Origin: Spirochaetia bacterium
GTDB taxonomy: Bacteria; Spirochaetota; Spirochaetia; SP-2023
Length of the DNA stretch: 64,000 nucleotides
Assembly: GCA_965225855.1 (NCBI GenBank)
Contig: CBDDCK010000005.1
Location: 1,856,001-1,920,000, forward strand
Reading direction: 5' to 3'
Within the stretch, counting starts at the first letter, position 1, and each line of letters starts with the position of its first letter. Below the pieces are notes generated by a model, which saw only the letters and a program-made list of their open reading frames with translations, did no database searches and had not been told where the DNA came from. Positions 10,138 through 20,079 of this stretch are shown in pieces. A program made the position numbers and the translations under genes.

Positions 10138-10807
10138 TTACAGTAGGCCCGTAACTAAAATATAGTACGATCGTTTATTAATGCCACATTTAGCTAGCAA
10201 TGGTGTAAGCGCGGCAAAAAATGGCTTAGTGTCAACGACGTAACGGTTTCTACTTTAAAGCTTAATATATACCTGCCAATCAAAGGGTAGGGGCGTATGA
10301 ATTACGGGTAACCGCCACAAATGATAGTAAAGTTTACCCATTCACTGTCCGTAAATGCGATTGCCCTGCGCCGAGTACCAACCATAAGCCAGCCGATATA
10401 AAGGAACTTAAAAGTTTACTACTCAATTATGATTCTTTTAGAGGTTTTCATTCTAATAACCGCCCTTCTTAGAATGCAAACAAGCGGCCTAAATTTCCTC
10501 AATAGTTTATATTTCCTATTAATTAGTTTAAGGCAGATAAGAGGTTTTAGCTGCCTTTTGTTTTATTGCGTTTTTTCTAATGTAAATTATGGCTATTTAT
10601 ATTTTACAGATACGCCCTTATCTTGCTCATAATAGATTATATATTTGTATTATGATAGGTTATTGATATTGTTTTATTAAATTTTGGATATATTATTATT
10701 GTGTTAGTTTTATTGGCTAGAATAAAGCTGATAAAGTCTTCCTTAAATAAGTAAAAGGATACCATTTATACTTGTATTGCATTGTTAGAGAAATTATTGT
10801 TGGCTCT

Positions 10808-11575
10808 ATGGAATACTATAATAGCTTTCACAGTATTAGCGAGTTTTTAAAACAGGGTAAGGGTTGCCTGCTGGTGGATAGCCAGAGATTGCACAATGCG
10901 CAACGGCAGGATCGTAAAATAAAAAAGAGCCGTTTATTACAATTGATAGAGCTCGCACAGCAAAATAAGGTAACAGTGGAACAGCGTTCACCACAGCAAT
11001 TGCAAGGGCTTTTAGAACAGGGCCATTATCGCGGTTATATACTAGCGTTGCAGCCATCTAGTGGCTTGCAAGCCAAGGCCCAAAATATTGGCGATATAAT
11101 CACCCGCAAGCCACCATTGGTATTGTTGTTAGACGGTGTATTAGATGTAGGCAATTTAGGGGCCATCGTCCGCAATGCGGACTCATTTGGAGCTGGTGCG
11201 GTTTTTATTTCGTACCGCAGTGCGGGTGGGAGATACCAGCACAACAATCAACAGAACCAATTGGGGCGCGCTTCTTCTGGAGCTAATGCCTGGGTGCCGA
11301 CTATTGCAGGCAACTTGGCCCAAATGGCTAAACAGCTACAAGGCGCAGGTTATTGGCTCTATGGTGCGGACATGCAGGGCCGGGCAGTAGCGCAGCAACA
11401 ATTTAGCCAACCGTGCGCTTTACTGCTCGGTAGTGAAGAGAGCGGCATTAGCCCCCAATTGCGTGGGCAGTGCGATGCTCTAGTTTCTATTCCTACTGAA
11501 GGCCACCTTGACTCGCTCAATGTTTCTGCTGCCGCAGCGGTACTCATGTATGAAGTCAAACGGCAATCAAGGTGA
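10808..11575 (+). CDS. rlmB: TrmH/SpoU family RNA 2'-O-methyltransferase (RlmB-like)
   Basis: LDGVLDVGNLGAIVR, LLGSEESG, IP..G..DSLNVSAAAAV motifs. ATG 10808 preferred over TTG 10772. Confidence 0.85.
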   Translation: MEYYNSFHSISEFLKQGKGCLLVDSQRLHNAQRQDRKIKKSRLLQLIELAQQNKVTVEQRSPQQLQGLLEQGHYRGYILALQPSSGLQAKAQNIGDIITRKPPLVLLLDGVLDVGNLGAIVRNADSFGAGAVFISYRSAGGRYQHNNQQNQLGRASSGANAWVPTIAGNLAQMAKQLQGAGYWLYGADMQGRAVAQQQFSQPCALLLGSEESGISPQLRGQCDALVSIPTEGHLDSLNVSAAAAVLMYEVKRQSR

Positions 11576-12145
11576 TGCAGAGCGGTAGCGAAAGCCGGCC
11601 TTTAGAACCTGCTTATTGGTAGGGTTGTGCTTGCGGTTGCGTGCAGAAATTACTATATCCAGCGTTTGCTCAATGTCCTGCGGGGAAGCTAGCTGCGGCC
11701 GCCATACCAAAAGCTGGCCGACACAAGCGATGTTGGCCGCGCGTTCAGAACCCAATTGCTGCGACAATTCTGTAGCGGGCAGCCCCACCACTTGTATATC
11801 ATGGCGTTGCGGGCGATCTTCTATCAAGGTAGTGTTATAGATGAGCAAGCCACCCGTGCGTAGCTGTGATTCAAATTTCAGCAGCGATGGGCGGTTGAGG
11901 ACAATTAGCACTGTGGGTTCGGCCACCAGTGGCGAAGCAATGGCATTGTTGGAAATCACTACCGAGCAGCGGGCTGTACCCCCGCGCATCTCCGCCCCAT
12001 AAGAAGGTATATCGGTAACATGCAAACCCTTGCGCATAGCCGATACCGTGAGCAAATGCCCAGCTAGCAGTACACCTTGGCCACCAAAACCACTCACAAT
12101 AATCTGTTCGTGTAGCGGTTGTTGTCCGTCTTGTTGTTGATCCAC
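11567..12145 (-). CDS. 2-oxoacid:ferredoxin oxidoreductase gamma subunit
   Basis: GFGGQG and PSYGAEMRGGTA motifs; last gene of the delta-alpha-beta-gamma operon. Confidence 0.92.
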   Translation of the reverse strand: MDQQQDGQQPLHEQIIVSGFGGQGVLLAGHLLTVSAMRKGLHVTDIPSYGAEMRGGTARCSVVISNNAIASPLVAEPTVLIVLNRPSLLKFESQLRTGGLLIYNTTLIEDRPQRHDIQVVGLPATELSQQLGSERAANIACVGQLLVWRPQLASPQDIEQTLDIVISARNRKHNPTNKQVLKAGFRYRSASP

Positions 12146-12160
12146 GATAGAGTCTCCTAA

Positions 12161-13048
12161 TCAACTCACTTTAGAGCAGTTTTCACTTGCTCCTTCAGCC
12201 CGTTCAGCGTTTGGCTGTTTGGGAGCATCTGGCGGATTGCCCTTACTACTGTTTGGTTCGACCTTACCCTTGTCGCGCAAAGTACCCAGAGGGTAGGTTT
12301 TGGTTAGGTTTTGGTTAATCCACTCTGCCGATTTGGCCGGCGATAGCCCCCAAGCGGTAGGGCACATAGAAAGCACTTCCACAAAGCTATAGCCTCGGCC
12401 TTCATGCTGGTATTGTAGAGCTTTAGCGATATTCTTGCGGGTCTTACGCACTTGGGCGGCATTATGCACGCTGCAGCGCGTAATAAAGTAAGGGGCCTCA
12501 AGAGTGTTTAGTAGCTCCGCTGCACGAATCGGTGCGCCTTCGGTGGACATATCTCGGCCACCTAGGGTTGTAGTAGTCTTCTGCTCTACTAGAGTGGTGG
12601 GCGCCATTTGCCCACCCGTCATACCATAGACGGTATTATTGACAAAGATCACAGTGATATGCTCACCTCGGTTGGCAGCATGCACCGTTTCTGCCATGCC
12701 GATAGCCAGCAGGTCGCCATCACCTTGATAGGAAATCACGATATTGTCTGGATTGGCCCGCTTGACCCCTGTTGCTACGGCTGGAGCCCGGCCATGGGCA
12801 GCCTCTAGCCCATCGACATCTAAATAATCATACAGCAGTACGGAACAACCCACCGGTGCCATAATTACCGTACGCTCGCGCAGATCCATCTCGTCAATAC
12901 ACTGGGCAATCAGTTTATGCAGAATGCCGTGTCCACAACCAGAACAGTAATGGGTGCGGCGTTCCCGCAGGGCTTTCGGGCGTTGATATAGCAGCTTAGC
13001 CCCTTGATCTTGGGCTACTCTAATGTCTTCTTTTACTTGTTCATACAT
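12161..13048 (-). CDS. 2-oxoacid:ferredoxin oxidoreductase beta (TPP-binding) subunit
   Basis: YCSGCGHG, HGRAPAVATG, GDGD...NN, YGMTGGQ and CPT motifs. Confidence 0.93.
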   Translation of the reverse strand: MYEQVKEDIRVAQDQGAKLLYQRPKALRERRTHYCSGCGHGILHKLIAQCIDEMDLRERTVIMAPVGCSVLLYDYLDVDGLEAAHGRAPAVATGVKRANPDNIVISYQGDGDLLAIGMAETVHAANRGEHITVIFVNNTVYGMTGGQMAPTTLVEQKTTTTLGGRDMSTEGAPIRAAELLNTLEAPYFITRCSVHNAAQVRKTRKNIAKALQYQHEGRGYSFVEVLSMCPTAWGLSPAKSAEWINQNLTKTYPLGTLRDKGKVEPNSSKGNPPDAPKQPNAERAEGASENCSKVS

Positions 13049-14213
13049 AGCTTACCACCTTTTGTTTTACTTTCTCGATAATCTTACTCACTACTGGCGG
13101 GGCACCCCCGACTGTACCATAACAATCTACTGCTACATTGCGGTTGCTGCAATGCAAGCGCACATCATCGGCAAACTGTCCATAGCTCATCTCTACCACT
13201 AATATTTTGTTGCTGCACAGTGTTTCTAACACTTGGTGCAGTTGCTGTTGCGGGAATGGCCACAAGGTTAAGGGCTGGAATAATGCCACGGCAATACCTT
13301 CTTGGGCCAAACGGGTTTTGGCCTCAAAACACAGGCGCGCTGGCATACCATAGGCGCACAATAACACTTGCGCAGGGGCCTCGGCCAACTCGACAATCGC
13401 GCGGCTTTCATTTTGCTTGACTTCTTCATAAACTTGGAACAGTTGGTTTACATGGCGTTCTAGGCCTTGGTGCCCCTCTTCTAAATGAATCGAAGCGATC
13501 TTTCGCCCAGGACGGCTTCTAGCACCATCTAGCACATAGCCATCTTGATAGGGCCGCTGATAACCATGGCATAGAGTGGGCATATACAATGGTTCGGCCA
13601 TTTGGCCTAAGTAGCCATCTAGCAAAAGCATTACCACCATGCGGTAGCGGTCTGCCAAGTCAAAAGCTAGTAAGGTCAATTCGGCAATGTTTTGGCCACA
13701 AGATGGCGATAGCACAATGCAATGGTAATCACCATTGCCGCCGCCTTTTACGGCTTGGTTGTAGTCTCCCTGGGCCCCCGATATATTGCCCAAACCGGGC
13801 CCGCCACGCATAACGTTGACGACTACCGAAGGCAGCCGAGCTCCAGCTAAGTAGGAAATACCTTCCTGCATGAGGGATATACCCGGTGAAGATGATGAAG
13901 TCATCGTTCGCACCCCAGCAGCGGCTGCGCCAAATACCATGTTAATTGAGGCCGGCTCACTCTCGGCTTGTAGAAAACAACCATCGACTTCTGGCATTCG
14001 CTTGGCAAAATAAGTGGGTATCTCGTTTTGCGGTGTAATAGGGTAGCCAAAGTAGTGGCGGCAACCGGCAATGATGGCCGCTTCAGCCAGAGCTTCATTG
14101 CCCTTCATCAAAATTCGGCCATCGGTAGGCACGCCGGCTATTTCTGACACCACGTTTTCCCCATCTTTGTGCGTGCGGAAACGGCTACTGTTTACTTGTT
14201 TGGCTTCAGCCAT
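13041..14213 (-). CDS. 2-oxoacid:ferredoxin oxidoreductase alpha subunit (VorB/2-oxoisovalerate type)
   Basis: GNEA, GYPITPQ, QAESE, TSSSSPG, RGGPGLG and VEMS.GQ motifs. ATG 14213 overlaps the delta stop. Confidence 0.92.
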   Translation of the reverse strand: MAEAKQVNSSRFRTHKDGENVVSEIAGVPTDGRILMKGNEALAEAAIIAGCRHYFGYPITPQNEIPTYFAKRMPEVDGCFLQAESEPASINMVFGAAAAGVRTMTSSSSPGISLMQEGISYLAGARLPSVVVNVMRGGPGLGNISGAQGDYNQAVKGGGNGDYHCIVLSPSCGQNIAELTLLAFDLADRYRMVVMLLLDGYLGQMAEPLYMPTLCHGYQRPYQDGYVLDGARSRPGRKIASIHLEEGHQGLERHVNQLFQVYEEVKQNESRAIVELAEAPAQVLLCAYGMPARLCFEAKTRLAQEGIAVALFQPLTLWPFPQQQLHQVLETLCSNKILVVEMSYGQFADDVRLHCSNRNVAVDCYGTVGGAPPVVSKIIEKVKQKVVSYV

Positions 14214-14451
14214 TTTTGGCTCCTTCGACACCTGTGATTTGTATGGCGACTTCAGGGCACATCTCAGCACAAGAAAGACAACCAATGCAGGCATCATGGT
14301 CAATACATTCCATTGGGTTTAGTCCCTGTGTGTTAATCCTTTGTGAATACTGCAAAATTTTTTTAGGGCAGTTGGCAATGCACAGGCCGCAGCTTTTGCA
14401 AACTTCATCATCAACCCATATATGCCAGCTTTTAAAGGAAGGTTTAGCCAT
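14206..14451 (-). CDS. 2[4Fe-4S] ferredoxin-like delta subunit
   Basis: Two CxxCxxCxxxCP motifs; AGGAAG before the ATG. Confidence 0.92.
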   Translation of the reverse strand: MAKPSFKSWHIWVDDEVCKSCGLCIANCPKKILQYSQRINTQGLNPMECIDHDACIGCLSCAEMCPEVAIQITGVEGAKNG

Positions 14452-15085
14452 ATTCTTCCTCCTTTATGGAGGATAGACGGACATTTTCATTGAGTATTGT
14501 TTGGTTTTGCTGTTTCTGCCGTTGTACCTGTTGTGTTAGGCAGCGGTCAAAGCAAGTGGCAAAATGTTGTAAGTGTTTTGCACTATAGGTGTTGGGCTTT
14601 CCCTTCCCCTGAATAGGGGGAAACAAATCTTGATTACGCAGCTCCAAAGTGAGATCGCGCCGCCTGCGGCGCGCCGAAACATTTTCACCGTTATATTCTA
14701 AGCCACGGTCATTGATAATGCGTACGGTATTTCCCTTTTCAAGATACAGTTTTTCAGCAAAGACAATATCGCGGGTAATAATAATATCCCCCGGCAAACA
14801 ATGAATTTGAATAAATTCATCACAAGCATCAGGGCCACTGACAACTTCGTGAAAATATAGGCATTTTTCAACCGATGGAGCAATTATAAGCTTGGGGCTA
14901 GCAGCAACAAAATGGAAAGACAAATAAAACTGACGCACTCCACCATTATAACACAACTGCTCTGGCACCCTTTGTTCATCGGCATTGAGGCGAGACGCTG
15001 CTCGCAATAACACACGGCGCACTTGTTTGGGGCACGAATCTGCATCGACCCAAATATGTAACAGCGTTTTAGGAATTTCTAACAT
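14444..15085 (-). CDS. YaiI/YqxD (DUF188) family protein
   Basis: IWVDADSCP, DACD..I and GDIIITRDI motifs. Confidence 0.85.
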   Translation of the reverse strand: MLEIPKTLLHIWVDADSCPKQVRRVLLRAASRLNADEQRVPEQLCYNGGVRQFYLSFHFVAASPKLIIAPSVEKCLYFHEVVSGPDACDEFIQIHCLPGDIIITRDIVFAEKLYLEKGNTVRIINDRGLEYNGENVSARRRRRDLTLELRNQDLFPPIQGKGKPNTYSAKHLQHFATCFDRCLTQQVQRQKQQNQTILNENVRLSSIKEEEYG

Positions 15086-15091
15086 TACTAT

Positions 15092-16273
15092 TTATATATC
15101 CTTAGCTAAAGCTACATAAAGAATAGCATCTTTATCTCCAATCTCCGCATTTTTAGCACTGATGGCACCACTTCCTGCTGGAATAATGCAGGATTCACCT
15201 TGTTGTAAAATAACGCCGTTGATTTCAGCGCAGCCTTGGTAGACAAACGCTAACATCACTGGATGCTGGAACGGAATATACAGTGCCGAATTTTCTGAAT
15301 TGAGCTTCCAGCATTCTAGGTGAAATTCTTCGGCAGAAACAGGGTAATAACTCCGATGCAAGTCCATCTTAGATTCTTCTATTATACAGGGCATAAACTC
15401 TGCAAAAGCTAAAATTTTCATAAGTTCGGGTATATCCTGATGCTTGGGAGTCAAACCACCCCGCAGTACATTATCTGAATTAGCCATTAGTTCCATGGCA
15501 GAACCTTCAAGGTAGGCATGCAATATACCAGCAGGCAAAAACACCGCTTGGCCCGGGTTAAGACAAAATAAATTTAGGTAGAGTGGAGCCAATGCACCTA
15601 AATCATTTGGATAAAGTTCAGTCAAACAAGCCACCCACTTTTTTATATCAGGGGTAAAATTGGCTAAATTTTTTAAAGCGGAATTGAGTAAATTGGTTTT
15701 CTGCTCTGGTTTTAATCCCATAAGATTGGCAAAAAAACTTTTGTGATCGTTAAAACTAAGTAGCCCATCATTCGCAAAATAGCCAAAGTGCTGTGCAATT
15801 TTTTCCATAGGACGGAAACCACAGAGTGCCCAAAATGGAGTTAAAGCCAAGGTTATTTCAGGCTTGTGGTTTGTATCTTTATAATTGCGCTCTGGTTCAT
15901 TTAAAGCGATACCTGCAGTATTTTCGCGTGCAAAGCCTGCTATTGCTTGATTTTTGTTCGGATGTGCTTGAATGGATAAAGGCGTACTAGCTGCTAGAAC
16001 TTTAAACAAAAACGGTAAGTTATGATACTTGGCTGCAGTATTTTTGCCAAGGCCGATATTCAGTGTGCCATCGCTATCCAACAAATATTGGGACAAAGAA
16101 ATTTGTTTGGCAGAGCTTTCAGCAATATAAGATTCTCCCAAAGGGTGGACACCCATCCATAATTCAGCTTGCGGTTTTTTTTGCGAGTTTTCATAACCCA
16201 GTAATTCTGGCAAATAGGCCACCGAGCCCCAAGCAAATGCCTGAATTTGATTGTGTAATTTTGCAACTTTCAT
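15092..16273 (-). CDS. manA: Mannose-6-phosphate isomerase, class I
   Basis: AWGS, AELWMG.HP, LPFLFKVL, LSIQAHP, D.NHKPE, HAYLEG and MANSDNVLRGGLTPK motifs. Confidence 0.95.
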   Translation of the reverse strand: MKVAKLHNQIQAFAWGSVAYLPELLGYENSQKKPQAELWMGVHPLGESYIAESSAKQISLSQYLLDSDGTLNIGLGKNTAAKYHNLPFLFKVLAASTPLSIQAHPNKNQAIAGFARENTAGIALNEPERNYKDTNHKPEITLALTPFWALCGFRPMEKIAQHFGYFANDGLLSFNDHKSFFANLMGLKPEQKTNLLNSALKNLANFTPDIKKWVACLTELYPNDLGALAPLYLNLFCLNPGQAVFLPAGILHAYLEGSAMELMANSDNVLRGGLTPKHQDIPELMKILAFAEFMPCIIEESKMDLHRSYYPVSAEEFHLECWKLNSENSALYIPFQHPVMLAFVYQGCAEINGVILQQGESCIIPAGSGAISAKNAEIGDKDAILYVALAKDI

Positions 16274-16341
16274 TAGACCTATCTTAGGTTCAAAATTTCG
16301 TTTATACAACGTTGTTGTTCTTGTTGTTAATTGTTGTTGGT

Positions 16342-16391
16342 TTTTATCAAAATTATATATTATAAAAATTTAATATATAATTTTGATAAAA
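16342..16391. repeat. Perfect AT-rich 21-bp inverted repeat in the manA/ffh divergent intergenic region
   Basis: TTTTATCAAAATTATATATTA-N8-TAATATATAATTTTGATAAAA. Confidence 0.75.
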
Positions 16392-16751
16392 TATTATGTA
16401 AAAGTAAGTCAATTATTCCGATCCTAAACGATTTTCATTTAAACGTGTTGTTAAAAAATAACGGATTAAGCGACAGTTTTTGATAATTTGTCAAATATAT
16501 TGTGTAATGGAATATAAGCTCTAAAGAATCTTTTACCTTGATATTGATAGCTGTGATCTCTACAATGCTATCTAGTTTTTCCAACCTAATTTTCAAGCCA
16601 CAAGGGCAATAAGTGGAAGATGAATTCGCGATTGGCTTTTATTACTATTCTTGTATAACAGCAATAAAACAAGCGAGTAAGCGTTGGGATTTGTTTGTCT
16701 ACAATAATTATTTCTTTTAGAGAATATTGTTACAATTGATTAGGAGCCTTT

Positions 16752-18089
16752 ATGTTAGAATCTATTACTCAGAGTTTTTCTGGGATAACCAAACGCCTTT
16801 CTGGTAATCATAAAATTACAGATAAGAATATTCAAGAAAGCTTGGAAGAAATCCAAATTGCAATGTTAGAAGCCGATGTCAATTTGCGAATAGTGCGGCG
16901 ATTTATCAATAAAGCCCGTGAAGAAGCCCAAGGAGAGGAAATATTGCGCTCGGTCAATCCTGGCCAGCAATTTGTCAAAATTATTTACGATCGCATGGTT
17001 GAACTGTTGGGTTCTGAAGAAAAAGAGCTTAAACTAAAAGGGCCGGATACCATTTCTAGTGTTTTGATGTTAGGGCTACAGGGGGCAGGTAAAACCACTA
17101 CTACCGCCAAGCTAGCCAAAAAATTGAAATCCAAAGGCCGTAAAGTTTTATTAGTGGCATGCGATTTACAGAGGCCAGCAGCTATAGAACAGCTTCGCGT
17201 ACTTTCACAGCAAGTGGATGTCGGCTTTTTTGCGAATGAGGCTAGGGTATCTCCAGCAAAAGTTGCCGAAGAAGCCTTAGAATTTTCCAAGCGAGAAAGT
17301 TATAATGCAGTTTTGTTTGACACAGCCGGTCGCCTCCATATTGATGAAGAATTGATGAAGGAATTAGTCGCTATAAAAAAAGTAGTGAAACCAGTTGAAA
17401 GCATATTTGTTGCTGACTCGATGACAGGGCAAATTGCTGTTGAAGTTGCAAAAGAATTTAATGAAAAAATTGAAATTAGCAGTGTAATTTTAACGAAGTT
17501 TGACTCTGAAGCACGTGGTGGCGCAGCCCTTTCCATTCAAAGCATTGTGAAAAAACCCATCAAATATATTGGTGTTGGCGAAAAAATTCAAGACTTAGAT
17601 ATTTTTTATCCGCAGCGTATCGCATCTCGTATTTTGGGAATGGGTGATGTTATTTCGCTGGTAGAAAAAGCTCAAGAACTTACGAGTAAAGAAGATACTA
17701 CTCGTTTAGAAAAGAAACTACGAAATAAAGAATTTACTTTGGAAGATATGCTTGAACAGATCCAACAAATGAAAAAAATGGGTAGCGTTGAAGAAATTCT
17801 TGAATTAATGCCTGGAATGATGGATAAAGTGGATAAAGTGAAAGACCGACTTAGCGATCAAGATATTAAGCATAAGGAAGCCATTATTTTGTCCATGACC
17901 CGTCAGGAAAAACAAAATCATAAAATTATTGGCCCTTCACGGCGACGGCGCATAGCCAAGGGAGCTGGGGTTAATTTAGTTATGGTCAATCGCTTAATTA
18001 AAGAATTTGAAAAAAATCGCAATATAATGCGTAAAATGTTTAAAAATAAAGGCATGCAAGCAAATCTGATGAAATTGATGGGTTTTTAA
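16752..18089 (+). CDS. ffh: Signal recognition particle protein
   Basis: GLQGAGKTTT, DLQRPAA, DTAGR, TKFD and RILGMGD motifs, plus the Met-rich M domain. Confidence 0.98.
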   Translation: MLESITQSFSGITKRLSGNHKITDKNIQESLEEIQIAMLEADVNLRIVRRFINKAREEAQGEEILRSVNPGQQFVKIIYDRMVELLGSEEKELKLKGPDTISSVLMLGLQGAGKTTTTAKLAKKLKSKGRKVLLVACDLQRPAAIEQLRVLSQQVDVGFFANEARVSPAKVAEEALEFSKRESYNAVLFDTAGRLHIDEELMKELVAIKKVVKPVESIFVADSMTGQIAVEVAKEFNEKIEISSVILTKFDSEARGGAALSIQSIVKKPIKYIGVGEKIQDLDIFYPQRIASRILGMGDVISLVEKAQELTSKEDTTRLEKKLRNKEFTLEDMLEQIQQMKKMGSVEEILELMPGMMDKVDKVKDRLSDQDIKHKEAIILSMTRQEKQNHKIIGPSRRRRIAKGAGVNLVMVNRLIKEFEKNRNIMRKMFKNKGMQANLMKLMGF

Positions 18090-18143
18090 TTCTTTTGTGT
18101 TTCTGTAATGTGACAAAATAAACTAGGAGATAATTGAGACATT

Positions 18144-18887
18144 TCATAATGCAACTTCTGTAAACGCAACATTGCGGTATACAAAGACTGTTTTTTTGAT
18201 CAGTTTTGCTCCATAGCGTTTCTTCCAATCTTTTACAATTTCTAAAGAAGGCTTACCAACAGCAGAACGAATAGTAAAAGCAACCGTATATAAATCCGTT
18301 GTTATTTCGCCAGGTATTTTTATATTTCGGGCATAGTGCAGATTATTTTGTAAATTGATATGTGGTGTCAAATCAACCTTATTGGTTTGGCCAGTTGTTT
18401 GATTTTTAATTTTCGCTTGGATATCTAAATAGCCCACAAAGCCGCCGTAAACAGCTCCTTTCGGCAAGATTATTTCGGATTTGGTAGACCAATTTGCACG
18501 GGCTTCTAAATGAAGAACCATTTCACCTTCTTTTAATTCTCCGATAGACGGATATACCGTATCTTTCAATCCGCCTTCATGTATCAGGACACCTCCAAAA
18601 TTAAATACGATCCCGGGTTTAGCTACCGTTTCTTTACCGATTACAAGTTTATCCGACTCTTCATTTTCTTCTGTTGTAGAATAATAATGTGTTCTATTTT
18701 GTGAAGTTCGTACGGTTACCGCTGGCCCATCTTGGCTGTTTTGCCCGCGCGCCCATAACAAAGGGGCAAATAGGCCGAATCCAAAATTGGAAAATAGTAG
18801 CAGCAGTGGAATAGTAACTACCTGGAAAATGCCTTTGTTTGTATTTGTGGACAAATTGCTAATCATTGTTACTATTGAATTTACCAT
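18144..18887 (-). CDS. Periplasmic iron-transporter (P19/Tp34-like) paralog, diverged
   Basis: HLEARANW, GFVGYL and PHINLQNNLHYARNI; tandem paralog of 18981..19619. Confidence 0.65.
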   Translation of the reverse strand: MVNSIVTMISNLSTNTNKGIFQVVTIPLLLLFSNFGFGLFAPLLWARGQNSQDGPAVTVRTSQNRTHYYSTTEENEESDKLVIGKETVAKPGIVFNFGGVLIHEGGLKDTVYPSIGELKEGEMVLHLEARANWSTKSEIILPKGAVYGGFVGYLDIQAKIKNQTTGQTNKVDLTPHINLQNNLHYARNIKIPGEITTDLYTVAFTIRSAVGKPSLEIVKDWKKRYGAKLIKKTVFVYRNVAFTEVAL

Positions 18888-18980
18888 AAATGAAATTCCT
18901 TGTAATATTTTCTTGTAAAAAGCCTCTATTTGGAACTTTTAAAATTTTCTAAATAAAGGCTTTTCGTATGGACAAAATAA

Positions 18981-19619
18981 CTATTGCCGACTTGCTTTGG
19001 CTATCCGTTCAAAGTCCACATCTTGATAAATAAATTTGGTGTCTTGCATTAAAGCATCACCATATGAGTCTTTCCAGTCTTTGTGAAGGGATACATAGGC
19101 TTTCCCAGTAGGGGAGGTGATGGTAAAAGCTACTGTATATAAATCAGTAACCTTTCCGGGTAAAACTATATTTCTGGCATAATGAAGATTATCAATCAAA
19201 TTGATGTGGGGCAGCAAATCGACAAAAGATTTATCACCTGTATTTTGATTGGTAATTTCTGCGGTCATTTCTAAATAAGCAACAAACCCCGCAGGAGGTG
19301 TCCCATCGGGAATATTTTCTTCTGCCCAGTTTGCACGCGCTTCAATATGAACATTGGCTACATCTTCTTGAAGATGATCGATCTTTCGATATACAGTATC
19401 TTTAATTGCTCCTTCAAAAATAAATATAATCCCCGGCTCTACCCGCTCTTCACCGATGACCAATTCTGCTACACCGCCAATGCCTGCTGCTGCAGAGCCT
19501 TGGCTCTTTCTCTCTACTGTTTGCGGAGCAGTAGTAGAAGAACTTTCCCCTTTAGCAAATAATTCTGTACCCATAACTAACAGCATAAATGAAAATCCAG
19601 CCGTCAAGTATATTTTCAT
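18981..19619 (-). CDS. Periplasmic iron-transporter (P19/Tp34/FetP-like) protein
   Basis: Signal peptide; HIEARANW, GFVAYL, PHINLIDNLHYARNI, G...LYTV.FTI..P and LHKDW motifs; Fur-like box upstream. Confidence 0.72.
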   Translation of the reverse strand: MKIYLTAGFSFMLLVMGTELFAKGESSSTTAPQTVERKSQGSAAAGIGGVAELVIGEERVEPGIIFIFEGAIKDTVYRKIDHLQEDVANVHIEARANWAEENIPDGTPPAGFVAYLEMTAEITNQNTGDKSFVDLLPHINLIDNLHYARNIVLPGKVTDLYTVAFTITSPTGKAYVSLHKDWKDSYGDALMQDTKFIYQDVDFERIAKASRQ

Positions 19620-19638
19620 AAAAATCTCCTTTATTTAT

Positions 19639-19687
19639 GATAATGATTATTTTAAACAGATTTTATTGATTATATTGAGATTGTCAA
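19639..19687 (-). promoter_or_regulatory. Sigma70 promoter with a downstream Fur-box-like operator
   Basis: Minus strand TTGACA-N16-TAAAAT. GATAATGATTATTTT at 19639-19653 resembles the Fur consensus GATAATGATAATCATTATC. Confidence 0.6.
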
Positions 19688-19902
19688 CTAATGCGTAATA
19701 TAAATTTGAAAATCATTTTTAGATATTTGATATACAGGTGATATATTGGTTTATGGTTTCGTTGATGCAAGATGGGATAACTGGATTTCTACGCTGTATC
19801 GGTTGTAACAGCCACTTAATAAAATTTGCAATTATTGCCATTTACCAAGCGAATAGTAATATTTTTAGGTAGATTGGTAGCAGTTAATATGGTTATAATC
19901 TC

Positions 19903-19988
19903 AAAAAAAGCTAGTAAGGTTTTCAAAAAATCCAGGTAGGTCTTGGCTAAAAACCTTATTAGCTTTTTTATTTACAAACTTGGATTTT
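19903..19988 (+). repeat. Dispersed palindromic element (REP/MITE-like), copy A
   Basis: AAAAAGCTAGTAAGGTTTT...AAAAACCTTATTAGCTTTTTTATTTACAAACTTGGATTTT; homologous to 21343..21427 and, inverted, to 49229..49297. Confidence 0.8.
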
Positions 19989-20079
19989 AAATGAGTAAAT
20001 TGGAATTTTAAAAAAATTTTTTGTTATTTTTTCAAAAATACTGGATAAAATTACAGAAATTCATATGCTTTGTTCCATG

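Noticed and set aside
14214..14303. N-terminal extension of the oxidoreductase alpha subunit in the ORF track
   Set aside because: It overlaps the ferredoxin-like delta gene; ATG 14213 coupled to the delta stop is the more plausible start.
16560..16740. SRP (4.5S) RNA upstream of ffh
   Set aside because: No helix-8 motif (CAGG..GNRA..AGCAG) or long hairpin found.
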